This document shows positions 51,650-64,000 of a stretch of DNA of 64,000 nt, in pieces. Position 1 is the stretch's first letter, and each line of letters begins with the position of its first letter. The DNA comes from Lingula anatina (taxonomy: Eukaryota; Animalia; Brachiopoda): assembly GCA_051362555.1 (NCBI GenBank), contig CM120643.1, positions 4,216,001 through 4,280,000 on the forward strand, in the 5' to 3' direction. A model generated the notes under the pieces. The model was not told the DNA's origin and searched no databases. It saw nothing but the letters and a program-made list of their open reading frames with translations. The position numbers and the translations under genes were made by a program.

Positions 51650-52037
51650 ATTTCAATAAGCATTTTATCAGTAATACCTAAAGATGTTATGTGACTATGG
51701 CTGTGTACCTTTTTTGGTTTTTGGTAATTTTTTATGGGGGGAATGAGTACTTTCTCTCTGTATGTATGTCAAATAATAAGTACTATACTCCACTGCCTCA
51801 CTAAATCTCAACATGTTGTGGTATATATTTCCCAGGTAACAGTATATTATTTCACGCTTTAAACAGAGGCCATCTTAATTTGAATGTGTTATATGTCTAT
51901 GTGATAAAGTTTTGACATGAATAGGTTTTCTTTGTGTAAATATTAATTTTTCAGTATATTCAGGCACACATTTCCTCTCAGTAAGACATTGAAATATGTT
52001 TTATGTTAACATTGATTTGGTTTTCTTTATTCACCAG

Positions 52038-52178
52038 GTGAAGCAAAGGCTGACAAAAAATTCCTATATCAAGAAGGATTCTTGAGGTTCTCAAGGTGCC
52101 TTTTAGTATGGTGAAAGGGAAATCTGCAAGTTTGCACAAGTTTTTGAGGGTGGAATTGAAAAAAATCCCTCACATAAG
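52038..52178 (+). CDS. FASTK-family gene coding exon 2 (RAP domain second half; apparent +2 frameshift near 52081)
   Basis: Acceptor TTTATTCACCAG is phase-compatible with exon 1, giving GEAKADKKFLYQEGF and then, in the shifted frame, EVLKVPFSMV...FLRVELKKIPHI. Donor AG|GTAAGG. Confidence 0.72.
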
Positions 52179-52940
52179 GTAAGGAAGTAACACTATAATT
52201 TTTCTGAACAGAGTAATTCTTTAAAAATATTGTGAAAGAGGTCAAAGTAGACGTAACACTTTGTGATAGAATCTTATTGCTATTTGGGGGGGGGGGGGGT
52301 GTGCTTACTGCCTGTTTTGCACGAAGTAGAATTTTTTGGCATAACTAAGCTAAGAATACAGAAATTGATAACTGACAATAAAAGTCATCCTTGTTTTGAG
52401 ATCTGGGCCTTAAAACTATTTACCCAAAATTGTTCTATAAATTGAGTGTACTTCATCATCACTGGGTGCCATCCACTCATAGCAGGTTGGCTGTCAGGGA
52501 TCACCACATCTCTCAAATACTTGAACTATACTTTTATTTGACCTGTTTATTCTTTTATGTTGTCTATGTATGTTGTTCTTGGTCTTCTTTTCAAACATTT
52601 CTTATTTACTAGTAGCTTTCTTTCCAGTAGCAATTGTTGCAAATGATCCTTTCAATGTCAAACCGGCCAAAATTTTGCAAAAAAAAAAAAAAAAAGGTTT
52701 TGCCTTTTTTCAGAAACTACACAGACCTAAGCTGTCATATTATAATGAAGTGTTACTCTTATGGTCTCCTTTCATCTTCTTAAGTTTGAGGTCAATCGGT
52801 GCATTTCTATGGGAGAAGCAGTCATTTGGTGCCAAAACTCATAAGTCTCTTACACCTATTTTTGAACTTAAAATGCTAGAGACCTCTTGTTTGTTGCATT
52901 TTGTAGAGCTTGTCAAGCCAAACACTGGAATTGGTGTCAG

Positions 52941-55802
52941 TTTTTATGTACAGACACATTGACCTAATCTCTTCGAACTGATGAATATTCATAAATTCAG
53001 GTCGAATTTGAAAATCAGCATGATCTTACCATTTTTTTCTGTACAGACGGATGTGTCTGCACATATAGCCTTTGCTTATGCTGTCGTTGTCGTCATCGTG
53101 CACTTTCATTATTACATAACAGTACTCTGAAGTGCCAAATAATAGTGCCTACTGGAATAATTGTGCCCCCTGAAAATTTTCAGAAATTAATAATAGTGCC
53201 TAGCCGAATAATCGGCCCGTGTGGATATTCTTAATCGTGCTAGGGAAAATAAGATTGTGCCGGGTGGAAAATTTCCGGGAAAAAAATAATCGTGCCGGCA
53301 CTATTATTAGGCACTTCAGAGTAAACTAATATGAAAACTGTTTTACCTTTAATCTTTAAGCTCATAGAACTGATGAATATTCATAAAAACACAAGTGAAA
53401 TGCCAAAATCAGCCTGATCAGACCATTGTTCCATTTTTTTTTCAGCATATTCTATCTACCCTTATTGGATAAAAAACGTGAAACTATCTTGTGTCGGAAC
53501 TGATGAATATTCATAAAATACAGCTTAAGTTTGAAAGTCAGCCTGTTCCATACCATTTTTCAAAAAGTTATTCTGTTTTTTGGGGGTTTTTTTTAGGATA
53601 TTTAATCTATGGTTATACAATTAAAATGAAAACCATTTCAATTTTTGTCTTCAAACTTGCAGAACTGATGAGTATACATAAAATACAGGTCAAGTTTAAA
53701 AATCAGTCTGATCAGACCATTTCTCCAAAAGTTGTGCTGTTTTTTACTTTTTTCAGCATATTTTATCCACCATGAATTTGATTCTTAGGCATGTTAACAG
53801 TGTCATTATTGAACTAATTAGACAGTCATGTAAAAGTGTTCTTTTGGCATTTTCTGCACCTAAACAATTTTGGTAGTTGATTGTATAAAAATGATGGTTA
53901 ACCTGTAACCTTGTATTTTGTAATATAGTGTCAGAAATGGAAATAAAGTCACATCAGTGCAGTTTCAATCTCTCACTATGTTCAGAATCTCAAAATGGTG
54001 CAAATTGGAAATTTAAAATTGTTCTATTGATATTTTCTCATCTCAGCAGTCTTTTATGTACAAACACAGATGTGTCTCTACATATAGCAGTTACCTGCGT
54101 CTGTCGTTGTTGTCGTCGCCATGCACTTTCACCGTTAACACGATTAGTGGAAAGCCATTTTACCTTTTCGCTTGAAACTTACAGAACTGATGAATATTCA
54201 TAAAATGCGGGTCAAGCTAAAAAATCAGCATGATTGGACCATTTTGTGAAAAGTAAGGCTGTTTTTAAGCTTTTTTTTTTTTTAGCGTGTATCCAACACC
54301 AATAACATGATAAGTGGAAAACTGTTTTACCGTTTAGCAAGAAACATTCAGCATTCCTTTACTTAAGCAGTATTTTTTTTTTTCACCCTCTCACACAGAT
54401 TTCGGGGTCCCCAGAGGATGTCATCCATAAAAATAAAAAAGTGTGGCCTTATGTTCTTTCACCACGAATCGCGTTCGAAGAATTGACCAAACTTTTAAAC
54501 CATCTTTACGTAAAACAGTGATATGCCGCAGGCTGAATATAAACAGAAGTACCAATAACTGAGAAATCAAATTTACTGAGTTAATCAGGTGACCTCATTT
54601 CTATGCTACCAACGTTATTTTCAAAGAAAAAAGTTTGTCAGGAAACATTTGCCCTGCCGTGTTAACATATGCTTGGCAGCATGGACCACTCTCTTGATAG
54701 CTGTCTGTGTGTCGTGAGCAATAGACAATGCCAGAGCAAGTAATATCGGGAGCAGGGGGCTTCCCCATAGGGAATCACTCTATTTGTTTGAGAGAGATAC
54801 TATGATTGGCTAGCTTACTTTGTCTGTGAATGTTATCATTTTTTATATCTTGCCTGATAAGTAAATGGAGGGGGAAAAAAAAAATGCTGTTAGTGAAGTA
54901 TGTCAAATGATGACTGTAAATTCAAAATGGTGACACTTAAAAATCTTGCTGGTCCTTTGGACTGCCGAAGTACAATTTTTTACCATCTTGACAAGTTTTG
55001 GCTGGTCATCAGTGATCAGACCTACAGTTTCATCATGACTGAAATTACAGGAAAGAAACAGGACTTAAATACAGCTTTAGCTGGAAAACAAGTCTTATTG
55101 GTTGATTTTTCTGGCCATTGAATGAGATTACATTAGTAAATTACACATATGTTGAGATTTCCCTGTAAACTCCCATATGTTTAGCTCTCTGCCAGATACA
55201 GTTTGTAAAAGTCTGAAATTAACAGTGTCACATAATTAGGAATCAGTGATAATTATGCAGGTAAATGTTGCTTGATATTGCATGTAATTTTACAAAAGAA
55301 AAAAATTATTTTGTGTAATGCTAACATAAATGCTATAGATGAATAACAGTGCCTTATTATCCTCATACTCACTGGGGTTATTCATATCGTGTTAATAAAA
55401 CTAGATTAAAAGTTTGAATAGCAGCTTTATTGGAATATTGTTTGTTATGTTTTATTTTAATTTTTTTTTTCAAACACTGGCATCTTCAAGATGTGATCCC
55501 ACACACCCGAAGCTTTGTACATTTTCTGTATTTCCACATAAGCTATAATATTGGTGTTAATACCTTTAAACATTATACAAAATTATTTTATGCACTATCA
55601 TTTTTCTCATTTTTCACAATATGTGAAACTGTAATCTTATTGACCATGTTACCTATTGTGCATGATTAAATTTTAGTGTTGATTGACTGTGCTGTTATAA
55701 ACATTATTTATTAAATTGCATCAGATTTGACAAAATGACCTATTTTCTGCATCTTTATTTTCTGCTTTGTGTTTCTACATTTGACAGCTTTGCTGCCTTG
55801 TT
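52941..55802 (+). mobile_element. Cluster of older, diverged copies of the same HINE family in intron 2
   Basis: 5' hairpin variants at 52941, ~53037 and ~54052, degenerate 161-bp monomers, and the 3' end CTACATTTGACAGCTTTGCTGCCTTGTT at ~55775-55802. Confidence 0.82.
53125..53321. mobile_element. Tc1/mariner-pogo-type MITE with TA TSD
   Basis: TA|CTCTGAAGTGCCAAATAATAGTGCC ... GGCACTATTATTAGGCACTTCAGAG|TA. Confidence 0.85.
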
Positions 55803-55880
55803 TTTACTTCATATTTGCTGTGTGGCTATATTTACTAAGACTTGTGCCTGTACATTTGCCAGTTTTTCTGTCTCTTTTCT

Positions 55881-56103
55881 TAAGCCCCCTTTTCATTGGG
55901 TGGCGTCCTTTCTGCATTCTGTAGTACGGCCGCGTTTGAAATTTAAATAAATTACTGAGTACGTTCTGACAACTGGCTGATCATTGAGCATTCATTTTGC
56001 AACCAAAGTCATGCTTGTGGCTCCTTTCTACAACCACAGCAATGCCAGTTTCATGGTTGCACAAAGGAAGCAGAAAGGACGCTGTCCAGTGTAAAGGGTT
56101 TTA
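55881..56103. mobile_element. Harbinger-like MITE
   Basis: Imperfect TIRs sharing GCGTCCTTTCTGC / GCAGAAAGGACGC, with TAA/TTA-type flanks. Confidence 0.6.
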
Positions 56104-56252
56104 GGTACAATATTTTCAAAATTAACACTTTTTGGCACTGTGTGGAGTTAAATAATTTTTGTAATAAGATTATAAGGTTTTTGCTGTAGAATACTGCATG
56201 GCTTTAGTGTTTCATCATGAAATATTGAAGTTTTTCATTTGCTTTTTTACAG

Positions 56253-56268
56253 GTTACCCAATAATTAG
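56253..56268 (+). CDS. FASTK-family gene terminal coding exon (RLPNN*), followed by 3' UTR
   Basis: Strong acceptor TTTGCTTTTTTACAG in phase with the exon 2 donor, stop TAG at 56266-56268, and AATAAA at ~56805 and ~56921. Confidence 0.55.
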
Positions 56269-57383
56269 GAGACCTTTGAAGTGCTTCCTGACAGCATTGA
56301 AGAGGATTTGATAACTCTCCACTGACATAAAAAAAGAATGGAGCCAATGAATGTTGAACAATAATCTGAAACCAAGTGCACTAGCTGTAATCTAGGCCTT
56401 TTTATTCTTGGTCTTGCTAGTAATATAAACAAGGCCATATCATAATAGTGCATATTCATGGTTGAGAATCTTCACAAGTGACTTTAAAAAATAATGAATT
56501 CTGTTTTCTTATATTGTCTTTGAGCACTGACATAGTGACTGACATTTGGTGTGAAGACAGTGTTAAAGTTACAGTATTGGGGTACACTCTGATTGTTTAA
56601 GGGGTGTGCAGGGGTGTCTTAATCACCCCCTTCCAGGTTGGTCCTGTAATCACAGTAATATGGAAATTGAAAATGAGGCAAATGCTTACAGAAGGGAAAA
56701 TGTTTATGGTGAATTATGTTGAATGTTCTGATGTTAGATTTGTTATTTCACTAATTGAATTGTTAGAGGTGTAAAGCATTGTACATATTTTTATGTTGTC
56801 TGGAAATAAAAAGATGTTAAAAATATTATTAGAAATATTTCATTCCATCACAGTAAATGATGACTGCTCTATAATGCATATTCAGAGTTGTATAAAATTG
56901 CTCAATGTCAGTTAAACAACAATAAAAAAGCCATTTTCAAGCTAAAAGTATATTGAAAAGGTAAACGAAGTAGTTGTAACATTTTGTCTCTTTTACCCAC
57001 AGTACACTCAAAATTTTCTGTGCACCAAAAAGCTGCGTCTTAGCTTTCTTTGTTTTACTACAGGTAGAAACATCAGATCAAATATGATGGGAAGTCATTT
57101 TCCAAATAGTAAACCTAAAGATGTGCTAACAAAATGAAATGATCCAAATTGAACGCGTGAAATGGGTTATTGTCTAAACTCTGAAGTTTTTATAAGCTAA
57201 AAACTTTACTTCAAATACTAGGATAATTTTTTAAAAAATGTATTTAAAAAAGTCCCTAAAAACTAAATGAAACAAAATACATATAAAACTTTCTTGCTCT
57301 CTTAATAGTTAATAACCATCTATTCTGAAGCCAATTCACATGAGGTATTGCAATTTAAGCAGCAGCTACATAGGAAATGTAAT

Positions 57384-57580
57384 AGGGCATTCCCAGAGAA
57401 TTAGAACGATCTCACTGGGGGTTCATGCTAAATTGCAGTCAGCTGACCACGGACGGAAGTTAATTACCCCCTTACATCTTGTAGTAGGCAGGAAGGACAT
57501 TTAAGCCGGATTATCTGACAGTAATCTAGTGAGACTCCCCATGGGGATAGACCGATCTTAAATCTATAGGAATGCACCCT
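57384..57580. mobile_element. Degenerate Harbinger-like MITE
   Basis: AGGGCATTCCCAGAGAATTAG matched by TAAATCTATAGGAATGCACCCT. Confidence 0.5.
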
Positions 57581-59133
57581 AAGATCTTCAACAAAAAATT
57601 GCAGTGCATTTCAAGTGGTGGTTTAACTAAAATATTATCATAAGAAAACTATGTAAACTTATTTTTTCAAACTTATACGACTGATAAGTATTCATTAAGT
57701 ACAGGTGGAGTTAGAAAATCCACTTGGTTGTACCATTATTTTCATAAGTTGTTGGTTTCTGTATTTACTTCAGTAAAAATGCAATACAGATACGGACATG
57801 AGCTTTTTCCATGGAACCACGGATCCCCCCCCCCCTTCCCACTCACACACATTTTCCAATCAGCGGGGAGAGTATGTGATGAACTAACATTGTAAACTTT
57901 CCTTCAGCTCCATGGCGTAAATAAAGAAGAAAAACTATGTGCTTGCAGCACTATTTCTACACGGCAACCCAAGTCTCTACTTGAGAACAATAAGTGGGTT
58001 ACTCGTAGTAGGACAATTACCCACAAGAGGAAAATAGATAAATAATAAATAAACACACGATAATAAATCAAGTTCGCAATAATACATATTTTGAATCCCA
58101 GGTCAAAATAATTAATACTTAGAAGGATTAGTAGCTTTTTTAAAGATAGGCTTAATGAATTGGTCGTTTTTATACACCACTGTTTTTTGTGACAATTTTC
58201 AATGGTTACGTTTGGAGTGTCATTTCCGCTTTGACTTCGTCTGACATAATCAATTTTCACGTTAAATGTCCTCATGTCTACCTTTTTTTTAATCATCAGC
58301 CTGTGATGCAAACAATGAAATTTATCTCTAGCGTTATTATTTCGGTTTAGAGATAAATTGCAACTTATCATTCTTGCATGTAGAAAGCACTCTTTCAGTC
58401 TGATCTTAAAAGTTTCCGAACAAAAAAAAAAAAATAAATAAATAAAATAAGTCATTTCCAGCGCCCTGATTACATCACACCTAACACCGTATTTATTTAT
58501 TTCTATATGATAAGGATAGTAGGCTGAGAAAAATGTTTACAGGGGGATAGGACCTTACTCCCTTCCCCCACCCCACCCCCACCCCCACCCCGCCCTTACA
58601 TTCTTCAACCACGTCAGTTCTTATCGGGGAGGGGGCTAATGTTCATTTCTTTACACCTTACATATTTATCAACTTCGTGATATATTGCATTGAGGGCCGA
58701 GACCCCAGTCAATCAACTTCAAGTGAGTTATTTTCTCGTTACCCCCCCCCCCCCCCCCTCACACACACACACCCCCTCCATCTTAACCGGTGATCAATTT
58801 GCACTGATGTCATGCCTGCAGTCAGGCAGACGAGACACTTTTACTTGACATGGAACACCCCCTGACGTATTTTACTGATAAGGTTGGACCTAGAGGAGTG
58901 GTCAGGAACCCATTACAGAGAACTACTTCTCACTGTCCTTGTTCATCCTCTAACTTCAGGTTTAACATACTATATCTCATAACATTGGTTTACACTCATG
59001 TTATTCTGTTGATATTTTCATTCTTACAAAATCAGTTGATTGTGGACAGAAATGTTATTATTTTACAGAAAGAACCTATATTGCTTTTATGGTGACGATG
59101 TGGTAAGTGTGCTTGTAAATTAAATGAGCTATA

Positions 59134-59282
59134 GGGCCCAGTATCTCGAAAGCATCGTGTATTGCGAATAGCTATATCAAATAGAGGCTACAATGTATTA
59201 TAAGGGACGAGTATGGGCGAGTTATGGAATCGAGACGCTTGCGCATGGTCGCAATGCGCGATGCTTTCGAGATACGGGGCCC
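59134..59282. mobile_element. Harbinger/Tourist-like MITE
   Basis: TIR GGGCCCAGTATCTCGAAAGCATCG / CGATGCTTTCGAGATACGGGGCCC. Confidence 0.82.
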
Positions 59283-61329
59283 AGGAATATGTGGGCTTCA
59301 TTGCGGCAGTTGCCCCTCTCCCAAAATCTAGGCTTCATGAATATTTGAAGAGGAATGCAAAAAATGATGATTTAGACAAAAACGAATGACGGGGAAAAGG
59401 CAACAATAAGAAGAATTTTTATTGTAGAAAATACCCTCACCAATCATTTATTGCTTTATTCTTTTTTTATCAACGTATTATGATGGGCCCAGGAATGTTT
59501 AAGTTGGAGAATTGATACAAGATCTGTAAAAGAAAAAAAATGGCATGAAGAAGTTCTAGAAAAAAAGGTGTCTGGCAACCCCAGTACACGCTTTACGTTG
59601 TTCTGTGGGAACAACTCAATTTTTTTCACGAGGAGGGCGCTGTCATCCATCAAGAGAAGACCGGGTGAGGATGGTACAGCATTATTGAACCTGTGCATCT
59701 GTTCAGTTTAACCTCTTGTCTGTTACGTAAAACGCTTTAGTTAAAGCTCAAGTTAGGATTTAATATCTTTATCTACGTCAACACTAAGATCTTAGGTCAA
59801 CATAACCGCTTTACGTCGTCTCCAGTATTGATTTTGTCAGCAATGGAATCCGGTAGAATAATACCGAGAGCTCAGTCTAATGTAAAAGTAATGATAAATA
59901 AAACAATCGCCATTTTATTCTAGTAAATAATCTATTTTTGAGACAGTCTGATACATGCATCAATGCATCATGCATCAATGTTTTCTATTTACTTCGTCTC
60001 TGTGTAACAGCAGCAGAAGTCTTTAAAGAAGTCCTTAAAGCATTGTGTACCCATTGACTTATTTGCAGCTACCTACAGTGTAGTCTACTTGTTGTATACC
60101 AGTAGTATTGCGGGGATTTTGTCATTAATGAGCAGATATGAAGTACAATGGATGGACCATCTCAAGATTCAATTCCTTATTATCTGTTTAAAAAGTAACA
60201 CTGTTTCGTAATAAAATAAATATTTAACATTAACCCGCCCGTAAGGTAAACGTATTCGCCGTAGCCACTTACGATGCAAAACAAAATGTAAAAAAAAAAA
60301 AAAAAAAAAAAAAAAACGCACGAAAAATCGATTTCATCGCACAGTACGCTTTTCAAATGTAATCTAGGCATGAGAATTAAAAATGTGTAACCTAATAACA
60401 GAAATAAAATGAAAATACACTTCTCCGGTGGATATGAGTTATAACTTTTTTGGTGTTTTTGATATGATGATTCTGCTGCTGCATCTAGCGTATTTCGATA
60501 CAAAAAACAGTTACGGATGCCTTCAGTGTAGTATAGATATACCGCCTCGTATCAAATCCTGTCGAAAGAAACAGCAAAAGTTTTGGAGTGATATATCAAT
60601 CATATTTGTTTCTTTTTGTGTTAACTTATTTTTGCGTAGTATTCTACTAGTTTTTTTTCGAACATTCATAATTTTAATGATTTAAAAATCATGCTTACAT
60701 TTTTACAGGGCTATCACAAAGTACACATAGACAGAAACACTTATAAAATAAAAGTCATCAAGGGGTGTTTCGTCAAGTCTTACGTGTAGCCGAAATATCG
60801 AAAAGACCTTCTTCCTCTACATGTAGATTACCTGCATCTAGACAAGCACATATACACCTGTATTTAAATAAATAAACATATTCTGTACATCAGCGAGTTT
60901 CCTAGACAGAGAAATTTAAGTAGAGCAGACAGGTTTATAAAGTATATCTATGTATGGAATATGATATTTGTTTGTTTAATCATAGACAACGTAACAACTT
61001 GACTTTGTTTAAAAAATTAAGTAGGTAAAAAATCCAAATGTTGTGAGAATAATGACTCAAGACTTCACTTGTTGCTTATATTAAACTTTATTTACAACAA
61101 ACAGGCCTGTTTTCCGCACTTAAACAGTAAGAGAAGACTAAAAAACACATTTTGACACAATCCAAAAATTTAATTGTCTAATGTAAAATGTAATTTTGAC
61201 ACAAGTCAAGGCGGTTTTGAGGGTGATTTACATGTGTATCACGAACATAATTAAAAAGCGCGTAGTCGGATGATTATCAATTTATACCAATGTAAGTTGT
61301 CTGAAAATTTCCCCGTGAACCACCACGAC

Positions 61330-62630
61330 GAGTGACCAAGAAGATTTGAAACTTTGAAATCTTTTTACTTCTGAATATTTTGATTTTTATGCCTTGTTTT
61401 CGCTTAAAAAAAAAGAGAAAGAAAATATCCCAATAAAAGCCACTCTTGTCGAACCAGATAAATAGAAATGCAGTCAAAATTTTAATGGAAGCCTTAGACA
61501 CGCATATTTTTACATCATAATCATAACCTAATATCTTAAGTGTGCGATTTTCACCCATAAGCTGGGACGTCTGCAGTGCATCTCTGAGGCGCGTTTACTA
61601 TCTATTTTTCACTTGTGGAATGATTGTGTTAGTGCAGAAAATTTCTTTCACACCAGATGACAACTGAAAACTTTAATAAGATTTTTTAAGCATCATTAAT
61701 TATCATTAAGATCATCATCATTACAAATCTCTGATATGAACATTACTTCCGGCCAGTCTTATATTACTTCAAGGAACCTAATTTGCATATAAGAGAAAAA
61801 ATGATTTTTTTTCTGATTTTGGCTTGTTTCCAATTTTTTCATTACTTTCAAAAAGTAATGTCCCCTTAAGCTCACAAATCGGAACACTTTTGAGTCATAT
61901 GCACTGATCGTAAATTGTGTAATTAGAAATAATTTTTTTTATATCACTGACGTGTATCACGTTTTCACTCCACAGCCATAAAACTCGTTGATAGCTGCAT
62001 GGGTATAAAAGTAGGTCAATTGCCTGTATAAAATTGCCATACGATTATTGAATTTTTAGTATGGACCGTTTTACGGGGGAGACAGAAGTGGAAAATGTAT
62101 CAAGATGCCAGCAAAATATTTCGGTTGCATAGGGTTGGTGAAAGGCAGAGTATATTGAGAACTTTTAAAGAAAAGAGTTAAACTAGCCCACATCTCCAGC
62201 TTCAACACGTAGAACTTTATAAATGCCACGGTTCCTCTCTATTTCATCTGATTCTCCCTAAAATTTTTCAGACCGCGTTAACTGTTCAGCTCCCGGGAAC
62301 CGCGAGCATCCAGCGTGGTGGCAGACGCTGAGCTCTGCAGACGGCACATTGCATTCACACAAATGGGGGTAAAGGTTTTCTGGGGAAATGCTGTATTTTA
62401 TTACATCTGACGAATTACATGAAACTTGACTTTTTTAAATTTTATATTGACTAAGTGTAATACAAGACACTGATATTTCTTCTCAAAATTGACAGAATAA
62501 AGAAACGCAAAAGGACATAACCTATCTCCCCTTACATGGCATATCCTATCCGTGAACTTGATTTACATTAGTTTTCACACTCCTACACACGCTGAGTTTG
62601 TATGGTATCAGTAGATATTGTATTGTGTGT

Positions 62631-62661
<31 letters not shown>

Positions 62662-64000
62662 GGGGGGGGGGAAGAATTTTGATTATACTATAGTGTTATG
62701 GTCTTACTCATGTTATATTTTATACAATAGATCATTTTATTTTAAAGGATAGACCTGAACTGAGAGCGTTGGTAAAGTTTTTGGGACGAGAAAAGTAAAG
62801 AAATGTAGCTACTTCGAGCACATATTTCAAAGTATACTGTGTGTAAAAGAGATAAAAATATCGTACCGCAGCAGGGTGTTTTAAAAGATTTTAAATCCTT
62901 TAATCATTTTGAAAAATGACAGAAAAGGAATTGTGTTAAAAAAAGAAAAGTTGCCGCTATTTACAGTGTGATAATACATGTAACATGGCTATAGCAATAG
63001 TACAACTAAGATAAGATAAAGTAAGAATTTATTCAGCCAATAAAAATATTTAGATATAAATATCGGCAATTGTTATCCTTTGAGAGATAAAACTAAGATA
63101 AAACACTGGACAATAAAAAAAATATATGAACTAGGCCTAAAAGTGGAATTAAAGAGAGACAAAGTCAGAAGTCTACTATTGCTGGATAAAAAATTAAAAA
63201 AGAGAACTTCCTGGGTGGGTGGGATCCCCACAATTCATTTTGTTGTTTTGTCCATTCTGTCTTTCAAGATATCATCAAGTTGGGAGAGATCTGTCTCAAT
63301 TATTTTACCGGTGGCGCTAATAACGTTGGGGTGTTTTCCCCGTTCCTCTACCGTAGCTACCAGATGCATTAAACATAAAATACTCTCAATATTACACGTA
63401 TTTAAAAGTTAATTAAAACGGGCTCATTATCTGTAAAAGTTGCAAGTGATCTAGAAAGCCGCTTTTGCCTAAAGCAAGTTTACTTTTCAAGTGAATTCCT
63501 AGGAGTTTTAACTATAGGCCTATATCTATTGGATTTAAACATGAAAATACTGGAATATAAAACCGAAAGCGTTGTCCGTAATTGAACCATATGGTAGGGT
63601 ATATGTGTGTGAGTATGAGTGTTCATGAATGTATTTGAATGAAGTTAAAAGTTTGTACCATGTATTGTTTATTTCTTTGGTTTAATAGAAAAAAATTGAA
63701 AAAAGAATCTGATAAAAAAATTAATCAAAAGAGTCCCACTGGGTATTTTGTTACCAGTTAAAGCCACTTTTTATTTCCCTGAGATGTGTGAAATGTCCAT
63801 ATTATTTAGCATGATCCATGAAGCACCTCATTCCTGTGGCTCGTAAATGCGGCTTTTTGTTCTTTGCCCTTCGTGAAATAAAGTCTTGTAATTTTCAGGA
63901 TTTTCAACTAGCATTGTTGGTGTGATATACATAAAGTTTTGTTTACTGTGATTTGTAAATTAATGATTTTATTTCTTGTGAACTGTGATCACCCCTCCCT
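61330..64000. repeat. Segmental duplication, copy 2 (paralogous to 365-1935 and 4165-4440; runs off the window)
   Basis: Colinear matches as listed for copy 1. Confidence 0.9.

Noticed and set aside
57904-58455. 183-aa minus-strand ORF
   Set aside because: Low-complexity AT-rich translation with no motif and no convincing splice context; likely chance.

Overview
AT-rich, intron-bearing animal genomic DNA, most likely from a marine invertebrate (inferred from the repeat families; the species cannot be determined from sequence). There are no prokaryotic features, rRNA genes or CRISPR arrays. One host protein-coding gene is well supported: a mitochondrial FASTK/RAP-domain gene (+, about 46073-56268, three coding exons, with an apparent 2-bp frameshift in the RAP exon). 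Most of the rest is nested transposon sequence. It includes a Gypsy remnant split by a hAT-like element with a 6-bp TSD, and a near-complete two-gene PHIS (Pangu-like) transposon with an AAT TSD. It also includes MADF, ZNF862-like hAT, Ulp1-PHD, EnSpm/CACTA, Kolobok-like and second Gypsy fragments, and many MITEs. A satellite-carrying Helentron-type (HINE) family has inserted into an inverted copy of itself, producing a roughly 8-kb quasi-palindrome. The two ends of the window (about 365-4440 and 61330-64000) are colinear paralogous copies of each other. All family assignments come from motif recognition by eye and were not checked against any database.
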